Shown here: positions 1-10,061 of the stretch, in pieces | How positions within the stretch are numbered: position 1 is the first letter of the stretch | Layout of the letters: the number at the start of each line of letters is the position of its first letter | Source: an uncultured Candidatus Rokubacteria bacterium | GTDB taxonomy: Bacteria > Methylomirabilota > Methylomirabilia > Rokubacteriales > DASRDR01 | Reading direction: 5' to 3' | Length of the DNA: 11,149 bases | NCBI GenBank assembly: GCA_963708025.1 | Contig: CAVPSB010000041.1 | Span: forward strand, 1-11,149 | Notes under the pieces: generated by a model | What the model was told of the DNA's origin: nothing | What the model saw: only the letters and a program-made list of their open reading frames with translations | Database searches by the model: none | Made by a program: the position numbers and the translations under genes

Positions 1-171
1 GAGGCTGAACTGGACCGCCACCAGGAAGGGATAGGCGACCAGCCCCAGCAGCAGCGTGACCAGGGGGCCGACCAGGAGGTAGGCGAGCGTCTGCTCGTGG
101 TCCAGCGCCGCCGCCAGGCCGCGGAGCCGCTTCTTCCGCCGGGCCGGAAGGACGAAGGCGCCGTCGCTCAC
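1..171 (-). CDS. Carbohydrate ABC transporter permease, N-terminal part (runs off the window edge)
   Basis: Manual translation from GTG at 171 gives MSDGAFVLPARRKKRLRGLAAALDHEQTLAYLLVGPLVTLLLGLVAYPFLVAVQFSL. The 'YLLVGP...YPF...SL' first TM segment is typical of MalF/UgpA-type permeases. It lies downstream of the solute-binding protein gene, with a GAGGTG SD upstream. An alternative GTG start is at 180. Confidence 0.85.
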   Translation of the reverse strand, partial: MSDGAFVLPARRKKRLRGLAAALDHEQTLAYLLVGPLVTLLLGLVAYPFLVAVQFSL

Positions 172-206
172 CCTAGCCACCTCGAGCCGCGGCTGCGCCA
201 ACATCC

Positions 207-305
207 GGCCCCCCCCCCCCCCCGCCAGAGGCCGAAGGCCGTCCAATCGGTGGGCGAGGGGGGCCAAAGGCCGAGGGCCGTCGAAGGATCGGGGTGGAGG
301 GAGGT
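207..305. repeat. REP-like GC-rich intergenic element
   Basis: GGCCCCCC (207-214) can pair with GGGGGGCC (258-265). There is an internal direct repeat GGCCGARGGCCGTC at about 230-243 and 269-282, and a C15 run at 209-223. Confidence 0.45.
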
Positions 306-315
306 CCCGAAAATC

Positions 316-1671
316 TCAGCCGAGCCGCTTCTGGGCGATCTGCTTGTATTCCTTCTGGGCCCACTTGACGGCGTCGATGGGCTTCATCTGACCGGTGGCG
401 GCCTTGGCGAACATGTTGACGAGCACGAACTTGTTCACGGCCTCGGCCGCCGCCGGCGTGGGCGGTCCGGCGTAGCCGGCCAGGCGGTTGAGCTTGTTCA
501 GCTCGCGGAAGATCTTGAGCTTCGGGTCGTCCGGCCACACGTCCTCCTTGTCGAACCCGCCGAAGGGCGGGATGAAGTAGGACTGGCCGGCCTTGGTCCA
601 CCGGGAGGAAGCTCCGGTCGTGCCACGCGCGCAGGAACGCGAGCTGGCCCTCGCGGTTCTTGCTGGCGGCGAAGCCGGCCCACAGGTTGATGTTGTAGTG
701 CCCGAACCGGCCGGCCGGCCCCGTCGGCCAGTTCGCGTGGTCCATGTTGTCGATGAGCGTCTTCTTGGCCGGGTCGGTCGGCGCGCCGTGCGGGCCGCCA
801 GGTAGATGGTGTTCACGTTGACGGTGGCCGAGACCTTGCCGGCCAGGAACGCCTGGTTGTTGTCGGGGTCGAGCCAGGCGGTGACGCCCGGGACCATGTA
901 CTTGTACATCTCGACGTACCACTCGACCGCGCGGAGCGTCTCCGCCGAGTTGATGGCCACCGTCTTGCCGTCCGCCTCGAACTCCTTGCCCCCGAACGCC
1001 CACAGTACCGGGTAGTTCGTGGAGCGGCCGTCCCCGGAGGCGTGGCCGAGCGTCATCCCGACCGGCGTGCCCTTGGCGTGGAGCTTCCGGGCCGCGGCCA
1101 GGAGCTCGTCGAAGGTGTCCGGGAACCGCTCGACCCCGGCCGCCTTGAACATGTCGGTCCGGTAGTTCCAGGCCGCCGGCGCCTGGCCGATCATCAGCGC
1201 CTTCCACCGGCCCTTGACCACGCAGGCCTGCTGGGCGACGTCGAACCAGCCGCCGTAGGTCTTGCCGACCTCGGCGGCGAGGTCGGTGACGTCGATCAGC
1301 TTGTCGGCGTAGAGATAGGCGTCGAAGTCGCGGACGAGGGCCAGGTCCGCGCCCTGACCGCTGCCGACGATGGCCGCCACCTTGGCGACGTGCTGCTCGC
1401 CGGCGAAGCGCTCGACCTTGACTTCCATGCCGGTGTCCTTCGACATCGACGCGGCGAGGTCGTCGAGCATCTTGTTCGTCTCCGGCACGTACCAGTCGCT
1501 GGTGACGATCGTGAGCTTCGTTCCCTTGAGCGCGCCCTGGGCCCGCGCGGGCCGCGGGCGCGCGGCCAGGACGGCGCCGGCGCCGCCGAGGGCGGCGGTG
1601 CCGGCCAGGAACTGGCGGCGGGTGATCCGCCGAGCGCGGGGCGGGCGGGGAGACGCGAGATCCTGTGTCAT
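316..1671 (-). CDS. ABC transporter sugar/solute-binding protein with Tat signal (apparent frameshifts near 780 and 600)
   Basis: N-terminal RRITRRQFL, hydrophobic stretch and ARA cleavage site. Family-1 SBP motifs include YRTDMF..AG, PDTFDEL and WLDPDNNQAFLAGK. The segment DPAKKTLIDNMDHANWPTGPAG...FLRAWHD is in another frame. SD GGAGGG at 1681-1686. Confidence 0.9.
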   Translation of the reverse strand: MTQDLASPRPPRARRITRRQFLAGTAALGGAGAVLAARPRPARAQGALKGTKLTIVTSDWYVPETNKMLDDLAASMSKDTGMEVKVERFAGEQHVAKVAAIVGSGQGADLALVRDFDAYLYADKLIDVTDLAAEVGKTYGGWFDVAQQACVVKGRWKALMIGQAPAAWNYRTDMFKAAGVERFPDTFDELLAAARKLHAKGTPVGMTLGHASGDGRSTNYPVLWAFGGKEFEADGKTVAINSAETLRAVEWYVEMYKYMVPGVTAWLDPDNNQAFLAGKVSATVNVNTIYLAARTARRPTRPRRRSSTTWTTRTGRRGRPAGSGTTTSTCGPASPPARTARASSRSCARGTTGASSRWTKAGQSYFIPPFGGFDKEDVWPDDPKLKIFRELNKLNRLAGYAGPPTPAAAEAVNKFVLVNMFAKAATGQMKPIDAVKWAQKEYKQIAQKRLG

Positions 1672-1746
1672 GGCGGCATGCCCTCCACTGCGCGGCCGCG
1701 CGCAGCCTGGAATCGATGAAGTCCGGCTCGCCGGGTAGTGGGGCCT

Positions 1747-1776
1747 ACGATATCGAACCCGCCGCCGGGCTGTCGA
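1747..1776 (-). promoter_or_regulatory. Possible sigma70-type promoter for the ABC transporter genes
   Basis: TCGACA (1776-1771), 18 bp spacer, TATCGT (1752-1747) on the minus strand in the enolase-SBP intergenic region. Confidence 0.35.
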
Positions 1777-1783
1777 GGGCTGG

Positions 1784-2904
1784 TCAGCGCGCGTACGTCG
1801 CGATCGCGTCCGGGTTCAGGGTCACCCCCAGCCCCGGCCCCGTCGGGATCGGGAGCATGCCGTCGGCGTCGAGCCGGAACGGCGGGGTGACGCAGCTCCT
1901 CGATGTAGGGCGACGGCGTCAGGTACTCGACGTAGCGCGCGACCGGCAGCGCGGCGGTCAGGTGCAGGTCGGCGGCCAGGCCGACGGCGGTGTTCCAGCC
2001 GTGCGGCACCAGCAGGACGTTGTGGTCGTAGGCCATCCAGCCGATGCGCCGGGCCTCGGTCAGGCCGCCGCACTTGGTCAGTCGGGCTGGATGATGTCGA
2101 CGGCGCGCTGCGGTCGATCCAGGGCTGGAAGCTCTGCCGGCGCGTCAGCACCTCGCCGGTGGCGATCGGCACCGGCGAGTGCCGCCGCAGCTCGATGAAG
2201 CCTTCGAGGTCGTCGGGCGGCAGCGCCTCCTCGAACCAGATGATGTCGTAGTCGGCGAGCATCTTCGCCGTCTCGAGCGCCCAGGCCGACGCCGTGCGGC
2301 CAGAACTGCTCGCTGCCGCCGGCGTCGACCATCAGCTCGACGTCGGCGCCGACCGTCTCGCGGGCCGTGCGGATCAGCAGCTCGTCGAGCTTGCGGCTGA
2401 CGCGGCCGAACGGCCGCCAGCCCATCTTGATCGCCTTGAAGCCGCGGGCGATCTGCCGCTGCAGCTTCTCGCGCAGCACCGGCGGTTCGTCGAACAGGAT
2501 CGAGCCGTAGGGCTTGATGCGGTCGCGGTAGTTGCCGCCGAGCAGCCGCGAGACCGGCTGGCCGAGGCCTTGCCGATCAGGTCCCACAGGGCGATGTCGA
2601 TGCCGCTGATGGCGTGCTCGACCGCGCCGCCGCGGCCCTGCCAGAAGGTGAGCTGCCGCAGCTTCTCGCTGACGCGCTCGGGCTCGTACGGCCGGTCTCG
2701 CCGATCAGCATCGGCCGGAGCAGGGTGAGCGACGGCCTCGACCAGCGGCTGGCTGGTGAAGCAGCTGCCGATGCCGGTGAGGCCCTCGTCGGTGCGGACC
2801 TCGACGAGGTGTTGTATCTGCTCGTTGGGATCGGTGCCGCCGGGCCAGCCGGTGTCGTGGGTGGCGCCGCGGAGGGGGATGGTGCTGACGTCGGTGATCT
2901 TCAT
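1784..2904 (-). CDS. Mandelate racemase/muconate lactonizing enzyme family protein (enolase superfamily, probable acid-sugar dehydratase), frameshifted
   Basis: Stitched across frames: MKITDV..., LVEVRTDEGLTGIG, AISGIDIALWD, GFKAIKMGW, LMVDAG, WFEEAL, PIATGE, DIIQPD, PHGWNTAVGLAADLHL, IPTGPGLGVTLNPDAIATYAR*. Metal ligands D/E/E are present. The ATG overlaps the upstream TGA (ATGA). Confidence 0.9.
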
Positions 2905-3320
2905 GACGGGAGCCCCCAGCTCCGGACCGCGCGCGGAAGGATGCGGAACATGACCCGGTCGGCCGGCAGTGCCCGCCCCGCCCACCGCCGCTCCAGGTCG
3001 GATGGTTCTTCTTCCAGGAACCGCTCGACGAGCGCCCGGCGCTCGGCCGAGTCGGCCAGGAGCTCGGCCCGGCCCTGGACGGTGACACCCCGGATGTCGG
3101 CTCAGACCGCCTCGGCCACGACGCAGCAGCGCGGATCGCGCTGGAGGTTCCGCACCTTCGCCAGCCCGGCCACGCTGATCATGGCGAGCGCGTCGGCGCC
3201 GGCGAGGAACCACATCGGCGTCGCCAGCGGCGCGCCGTCGGGCTGGAGGGTGGCCAGCACGACGACCTGCCGGTCGGCGAGGAAGCGCTGGATCCGCGTG
3301 TCGGAGAGCTGCTCGGGCAT
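2901..3320 (-). CDS. Pyridoxamine 5'-phosphate oxidase-like (split beta-barrel FMN/F420-binding) protein with one in-frame TGA at 3102-3104
   Basis: MPEQLSDTRIQRFLADRQVVVLATLQPDGAPLATPMWF...AKVRNLQRDPRCCVVAEAV*ADIRGVTVQGRAELL...RVMFRILPRAVRSWGLPS*. The LAT..PDG.P, KVRNL..DPR and V.V.GRA motifs continue in frame across the stop. Confidence 0.8.
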
Positions 3321-3335
3321 GTTGATTGGGACCTC

Positions 3336-3381
3336 CCTCCCACCCCCAGCCCCCCTCCCCCACCCACCGGGGGGAGGGGGA
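3336..3381. repeat. REP-like hairpin (CCCCCTCCCCC...GGGGGAGGGGG)
   Basis: Perfect 11-bp stem 3351-3361/3370-3380, preceded by a C-rich tract, between two co-oriented genes. There is no U-tract, so it is not a canonical terminator. Confidence 0.55.
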
Positions 3382-3400
3382 GCCGGAGAAGCGCCACCTC

Positions 3401-4407
3401 TCAGTACCATTTGCTTGTTGACCACGTTGGGCAGCGGCTCGCCGGCCGCGAAGCGGCGGACGTTGTCGAGCAGGACGCCGAGGTGCCGCTCGGCGATGCG
3501 CGGCGAGGCGCCGGCGACGTGCGGCGTGATGATCACGTTCTCCATCTTCCACAGCGGATGATCGGCCGGCAGCGGCTCCGTCTCGAAGACGTCGAGGCCG
3601 GCGCCCGGCGATCTCGCCGGCCTGGAGCGCCGCGGTCAGGTCGGCCAGGTCGACGATCGCGCCGCGGCCGATGTTGATGAGGTAGGCCGTCCGCTTCATC
3701 TGCCGGAACTGCGCCCGGCGGAAGAGCTTGCCGGTCTCCGGCGTGTGCGGCGCCGCGATGACGACGAAGTCGCTGGCGCCCAGCAGCTCGGGCAGGCGCT
3801 CCAGCGTCCAGAGCGCGGCCACGCCGTCCGGCGCCCGGCGTCTGGACCGGGTCGACGGCCAGGACGCGCATGCCGAAGGCGAGTCCGCGCCGGGCGACCT
3901 CGGCACCGATGCGGCCGAGGCCGACGACGCCGAGCGTCTAGTCGGCCAGGTGCAGGTGGGCCCGGTCGATCGCGCTGACCACGCCGGGCCCGGCGGCGAA
4001 GGTGGAGCGGGCGGCCTCGCCGCCGACCGGCGTCCCAGCGTGCCGCGCGATCTGGCTGGCGGATGTAGCGGTGGAGGTTCCGGGCGAAGCAGAGGATGTA
4101 GCCGAAGACGTGGTCGGCGATGACGTCCGAGAACAGGCCGCGCATGTTGGTCAGCGACGCAGGGGTGCGCGACCAGCTCCGGGAAGACGTAGTGCTCGAG
4201 GCTGGCGGTCGGCGCCTGGACCCAGCGGAGCCGGCGTGCGGCGGCCAGCAGCGGCGGCGTGAGCTTGCCGAAGAAGGCGTCGGCGTCGGCGATCTCGCGG
4301 ACCGCCGCCGCCTCGTCGGCGGCGTTGACGACCGCCATCGATCCGGCCGCCTCGCGGATCTTCGTGAGCCGGGCGGCCTCGACCGGCGGATGGATGACGA
4401 GCTTCAT
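3401..4407 (-). CDS. D-isomer-specific 2-hydroxyacid dehydrogenase (NAD(P)-binding), frameshifted
   Basis: Stitched motifs: LRWVQAPTAS, TNMRGLFSDVIADHVFGYILCFARNL, TLGVVGLGRIG (Rossmann), SDFVVIAAPHTPET, YLINIGRGAIVD, GLDVFETEPL, NVIITPHVAG. In-frame TAG at 3938-3940. SD AGGAGG at 4413-4418. Confidence 0.92.
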
Positions 4408-4431
4408 GGGCGCCTCCTGTGCCGAGGCGTC

Positions 4432-4440
4432 ATTCTATCA
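4432..4440 (-). promoter_or_regulatory. Extended -10 element (TGnTAGAAT) for the dehydrogenase operon
   Basis: The minus strand reads TGATAGAAT about 14 bp upstream of the AGGAGG SD. Confidence 0.5.
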
Positions 4441-4444
4441 GCGA

Positions 4445-4558
4445 ACCAATGTACACTGGGCCGCTGAAACAGAGGAGTCGTGGAGGCGGTGCCAACTCCT
4501 CGGCTCGGTCACGGGCGACCAAGGTACACTGAGCCGCTGAAACCCCGAGTCGCGGAGG
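4445..4558 (+). repeat. Imperfect ~42-bp direct repeat upstream of the dehydratase; each copy has a TACACT -10-like hexamer and a GGAGG
   Basis: ACCAATGTACACTGGGCCGCTGAAACAGAGGAGTCGTGGAGG (4445-4486) versus ACCAAGGTACACTGAGCCGCTGAAACCCCGAGTCGCGGAGG (4518-4558). Confidence 0.8.
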
Positions 4559-4567
4559 AGCGTGAGC

Positions 4568-6539
<1,972 letters not shown>

Positions 6540-6543
<4 letters not shown>

Positions 6544-7325
6544 GCGCGGAGGAACGGGAGGATCGCCGCGGCGAACTCGGCGGGCATCTGGTCAACCATC
6601 GCCACCGTGCCGCCCGGGATCGGCAGGCTGCGGCTCCCGGCGATGGCGCGGGCCAGCGGCTCCATCCGCGGGTACGAGAAGGGATCGCTCGTCCCGCAGA
6701 CCACGAGGGTGGGACAGCGGACCAGCCCGACCTTCGTCTCCATGCGGTAGACGCTGCAGGCCCGGTGTCCCTCTTCCGCCTTCTCGCCGGCCCGGAGGGC
6801 GTCGATGACGAAGCGGGTCAGGAGATCCGGCCGGCCCTTCGGATAGAAGCCGAGCCGCCGCTGCCACAGCTCGGTCAGGTGACGGCCGTCCTCGTGCACC
6901 GTGACCTCGTCGATCGGCGGCCGGTCCCGGCGCCGCTCCCGGTCCTCGGCGTCGATGTACGGGCTGTTGGAGAGCACGAGCCGCTCCACCCGATCGGGAT
7001 GGCTGGCAGCCAGCTCGACCCCGATGACCGCCCCGGTGTGGTGGCCGACCACCGCCGCCCGCCCGATGCCGAGGGCGTCGAGCAGGTCAACCGCGCCCCG
7101 GGCGTAGTCCTCGATGGCGCACGTCTGGGCGGGCCTGTAGGAGTCGCCGTAGCCGATCGTGTCCATGGCGACGACCCGGCGGGCGCCGGCCAGGAGCGGG
7201 ATGACGTCGCGGTACTCGTCCGAGGACCGGGGAGTCTGGTGCAGCAGCAGGACCGGTGGCCCGCTTCCCGCGGCCCGGTAGTGAATCGGGCCATGCGGCG
7301 TGTCGGCGAAGGCCCGGGTCACCAT
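6540..7325 (-). CDS. Alpha/beta hydrolase fold protein (non-canonical, GHHTG elbow)
   Basis: [68 protein letters not shown]. The ATG at 7325 is preferred over 7376 because of the promoter position. Confidence 0.9.
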
Positions 7326-7334
7326 CGGGCTCCG

Positions 7335-7363
7335 ATTCTGCGATCTCCCGGCCGACGTGTCAA
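7335..7363 (-). promoter_or_regulatory. Sigma70-type promoter of the hydrolase gene (near-leaderless transcript)
   Basis: TTGACA (7363-7358), 17 bp spacer, CAGAAT (7340-7335). The ATG is 9 bp downstream and there is no SD. Confidence 0.6.
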
Positions 7364-7473
7364 CGCGGCCGCCCATGCCTCAGCCGAAGATCCCCGTCCC
7401 GACCGGCCCCCGGCTCGTGTAGCCTGGTGCCCGGAGCCCCGCGCCGCCGCCGGCCCCCAAGGAGGGTGTACAG

Positions 7474-7545
7474 GTGGGTCTTTCCACGTACTGGCCCCTG
7501 GACAAGGACGTCACGTTCCTCAACCACGGAACCTACTGGGGCTAA
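7474..7545 (+). pseudogene. 5' fragment of a class-V PLP aminotransferase (isopenicillin-N-epimerase/EgtE-like), interrupted
   Basis: SD AAGGAGG (7459-7465) and GTG give [26 protein letters not shown]....FLNHG is the characteristic N-terminus of this family, and the resemblance stops right after NHGTY. Confidence 0.7.
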
Positions 7546-7587
7546 CTGCCTGTAATGACGAGAGTCGCGTCCATCTTGTGCAGAAGC

Positions 7588-7617
7588 AGGTTGCACCAGG
7601 GTTGCACTAGGTTGTGA
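7588..7617 (+). repeat. Tandem short direct repeats, putative integrase arm-type binding sites
   Basis: AGGTTGCACC (7588-7597), AGGGTTGCACT (7598-7608) and AGGTTGTGA (7609-7617), between the junction and the integrase stop codon. Confidence 0.55.
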
Positions 7618-7630
7618 GATCCGGAGCCCT

Positions 7631-8068
7631 TCAGCGAGAAGGATCCGGGCGTGTCTGGGCGACAAGCGCGTTCACCGCCTGCCGATCGGATCCGGGGAGG
7701 TAGTGCACGTACACCTTCGCCGTGATGAGGATGTTGGCGTGGCCCAGTTGCCGGCTGACGTAGTAGAGGTCCTTCCCGGCGGCAAACAGGAGTGTGGCAT
7801 ACGTGTGCCTGAGCTGGTGCACCGTGCGGTAGCGAAGACCCGACAGCTTCATCATCGGCTGCCAGACGTTGGTGAGAAAGCTTTGGTAGGAGTAGGGCCG
7901 GAGGGCGGTGCGTCCGGGGAACACATACTTGTTGGGAGACCGGCCAGCGACAAGGCTCTTCAGCTCTTGCTCCTTCAAGTAGTCCCGCAAGAGTGCGGCC
8001 AGCTCGTCGCTGATTTCGACGGTGCGCTCGCTCGTCGGAGTCTTCGTCTTGAAAACGATCTGGGGTGC
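7631..8068 (-). pseudogene. Tyrosine recombinase/phage integrase, C-terminal catalytic fragment (5' truncated)
   Basis: The frame reads ...KTKTPTSERTVEISDELAALLRDY...YVFPG...VHQLRHTYATLL...VSRQLGHANILITAKVYVH. The K, HxxR, H and Y catalytic residues are present. An in-frame TGA lies upstream at about 8069-8071, and the first catalytic Arg and N-terminal domains are missing. Confidence 0.9.
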
Positions 8069-8069
8069 T

Positions 8070-9352
8070 CATGGAGGGCCCGCGGACGGTTGGCGGTGGG
8101 CTCGCGGCGCCTCAGACACCAACAACGGGCGGGTGCTGCGTGCTCCGCACCCACTTGGCGGATCGACCCGGCCGGCGGGAGGCGAGAAGAAGCCCTGGCC
8201 GCGAGTCAACCCCGGGACCGCCGACGTCAGCGTGGCCGGGTGCACACCGCCGGCCGGAGCTTACGCGGCCCGGCGGGTGTAGCGATGATGGAGGCCGCCG
8301 ACCAGAGGCGTCTCGACGATGCGACCCCGGTCGGGACGCTCCACCGGTCTGGGCTCCGGGGCGTCCTTCGCGAGGGAGAGGTGGGTCCGGGCACTGTGGT
8401 AGTAGAGGAGGTAGTCACGCAGCAGGCGACGCAGGTGGGCGTCGTTCAGCACCACCACGTGGTCGAGGCACTCGCGGCGCAGGGTCCCGATGAGACGTTC
8501 GACATAGGGATTCTGCCACGGGGACCGCGGGGCGATCTTGACCTCGTGGATCCCCAGGGATCGAACCCGGCTCGAGAACACTGCCCCGTACACCGCATCG
8601 CGGTCGCGCAGCAGGTATCGGGGCGCGGTGTCCCACGGGAACGCCTCGACGAGTTGCTGGGCCGTCCACTGGGCGGTCGGGGTGTCGGTCACGTTGACGT
8701 GGACGACGCGTCGCCGGTCGTGCGCCAGGACGACGAAGACGAACAAGACCTTGAAGAGCACCGTGGGCACGACGAAGAAGTCCACAGAGACCAGCGTCCC
8801 GACGTGGTTGGCGAGGAAGGTCCGCCAGGTCTGCGACGGAGGGCGTTCGACGGCGGACCAGGTACTTCGAGACCGTCGCCTGGGAGATCTCGAGGCCGAG
8901 CTTCCGGAGCTCCCCGTGAATGCGCGGCGCGCCCCAGAGGGGGTTGGCCTCGGCCATTCGTCGGATGAGCGCTCGGACCTCCGGGGCGACGGCCGGGCGG
9001 CCGGGCCCGCGCCGCCGGCTCTTCCAGGTCCAGAAGAGCTTGAAGCCAGTCCGCTGCCACCGGATCACCGTCTCGGGTTGGACGATGGCGACGGCCTCCG
9101 CCCAGCCGTGCCACAGGCGGGAGAGCAGGACCCAGAACAGCCGGTCGGAGGGTCGCAGGCGTGGACGCGGCGTGCTGCGCTGGAGGACGGCCAGCTGATG
9201 CCGCAGCGCGAGGTTCTCGAGCACCAAGGCGCGCTGGGTCCGGATCCCGCGGAGGAGACTGGTGAGGACGAGGGTGATCATGGCGGTCATCATCGAGTAG
9301 GCCGGCCGGAAGTTCAACGCTGACGAGGCGGATGGAGTAAGTGGAAGGCACA
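8070..9352 (-). mobile_element. Insertion sequence 1 (IS481/IS3-like rve type)
   Basis: Transposase plus a putative left end TGTGCCTTCCACTTACTCCATCC starting at 9352 on the minus strand. The right boundary is approximate, set where integrase similarity stops, and no clear right inverted repeat is visible. Confidence 0.65.
8261..9281 (-). CDS. rve/integrase-core (DDE) transposase, one frameshift near 8840
   Basis: LENLALRHQLAVLQR, IVQPETVIRW, PGRP, NPLWGAPRIHGELRKLG, then DFFVVPT (D), YLLRDRD (D), SPWQNPYVERLIGTLRRECLD (E), GGLHHRY. Alternative starts are at 9290 and 9293. Confidence 0.92.
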
Positions 9353-9353
9353 G

Positions 9354-9398
9354 GCGGCGTGGCTCGTCGAGGAGTTGCTCGAGAAGGGTATGAGGTGA
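9354..9398 (+). pseudogene. Possible 3' remnant of a small gene cut by IS1
   Basis: AAWLVEELLEKGMR* begins at the IS end, and its TGA overlaps the next GTG (GTGA coupling). Confidence 0.3.
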
Positions 9399-9616
9399 AG
9401 TCACCGACGGCCGAGAGGCTTGCGAAAGAGGTGGCCCAGTTGAGCCGCGGGGAAGAGGCGCCGGCCCATTCCATGGTGCGCGAACGGCTCGACGAGCGGG
9501 AGAATCCAACATCGTTTGCGGCGGTGAGGGCAGAGATCGACCAGTCGCTCGCAGATTCACTGGTTGCTCTGTTCACCGACGACATGGAAATGGTCTCGGA
9601 GTCTGAAGCTGGCTGA
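9395..9616 (+). CDS. Small acidic hypothetical protein (73 aa)
   Basis: MKSPTAERLAKEVAQLSRG...DDMEMVSESEAG*. It has a GTGA overlap with the upstream remnant and is followed immediately by repeat 1. Confidence 0.5.
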   Translation: MKSPTAERLAKEVAQLSRGEEAPAHSMVRERLDERENPTSFAAVRAEIDQSLADSLVALFTDDMEMVSESEAG

Positions 9617-9619
9617 AAA

Positions 9620-9655
9620 ACGACGAAGCGCCCGGCACCGTGACGGAGGTGCTGG
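9620..9655 (+). repeat. Intergenic structured repeat, copy 1
   Basis: ACGACGAAGCGCCCGGCACC... with stem CCGGCACC (9632-9639)/GGTGCTGG (9648-9655). Confidence 0.7.
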
Positions 9656-9676
9656 AGTTGAAGGGGGGACAAGCCG

Positions 9677-9838
9677 ATGGGAAAGAAGACGTTCACGTGC
9701 GCGAAATGCACCAAGCAATTTGAAGGGGATGAGGAGCTCTTCAAGTCGAAGGCGGACTCGGAAGGCATTGCGGAGTCCCTGATTCTGTGCAGCGACTGTC
9801 GGCGAAAGGCCCAAGAAGAGCGAACCACGAAGGTGTAA
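9677..9838 (+). CDS. Small zinc-ribbon protein (53 aa, CxxC...CxxC)
   Basis: Not in the ORF track. MGKKTFTCAKCTKQFEGDEELFKSKADSEGIAESLILCSDCRRKAQEERTTKV*, with a purine-rich SD AAGGGGGG upstream. Confidence 0.75.
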   Translation: MGKKTFTCAKCTKQFEGDEELFKSKADSEGIAESLILCSDCRRKAQEERTTKV

Positions 9839-9840
9839 GG

Positions 9841-9894
9841 ACGTAGCAGCGCCCGGCGCGGTGCTGGTGACGGAGTTGCTGGCGTAGTGCCGGG
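9841..9894 (+). repeat. Intergenic structured repeat, copy 2
   Basis: ACGTAGCAGCGCCCGGCGCGGTGC... with a long G-U-rich stem 9852-9871/9875-9894. Confidence 0.8.
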
Positions 9895-9908
9895 AAAAGG
9901 GGAAGACC

Positions 9909-10058
9909 ATGGCCAAGATCGTTCAGATTGTCGCCAACGACAATGCGCTGTATGCGCTCGATGATCGCGGCAACATCTACCAGACTCTTACGGGAGCCGA
10001 CTGGACGAAGCTGCCAAGCCCACCCGTGGCAGGCGGCGAGATCAAGCCCAAGAAGTAA
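9909..10058 (+). CDS. Small hypothetical protein (49 aa)
   Basis: Not in the ORF track. MAKIVQIVANDNALYALDDRGNIYQTLTGADWTKLPSPPVAGGEIKPKK*, with SD AAGGGGA upstream. The pattern resembles a single beta-meander or propeller blade. Confidence 0.7.
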   Translation: MAKIVQIVANDNALYALDDRGNIYQTLTGADWTKLPSPPVAGGEIKPKK

Positions 10059-10061
10059 CGA

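Noticed and set aside
209-223. C15 homopolymer as a phase-variation tract
   Set aside because: It is intergenic and lies in one arm of a REP-like hairpin whose partner arm is not homopolymeric, so it is probably a basecalling artefact.
3102-3104. In-frame TGA in the PNPOx-like gene as selenocysteine or recoding
   Set aside because: It is not at a recognisable catalytic Cys position, TGA is used as a normal stop elsewhere in the window, and the local error rate is high.
3938-3940. In-frame TAG in the dehydrogenase as pyrrolysine or read-through
   Set aside because: It sits at a variable position before the Rossmann motif in an error-rich gene, and TAG ends other genes here.
7546-7630. tRNA or tmRNA fragment at the integration junction
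   Set aside because: No T-arm GTTCRA motif, cloverleaf or CCA end is recognisable.
8041-8065. CAGATCGTTTTCAAGACG (minus strand) as the right inverted repeat of IS1
   Set aside because: Similarity to the left end is weak, and the same bases encode the integrase KTKT motif region.
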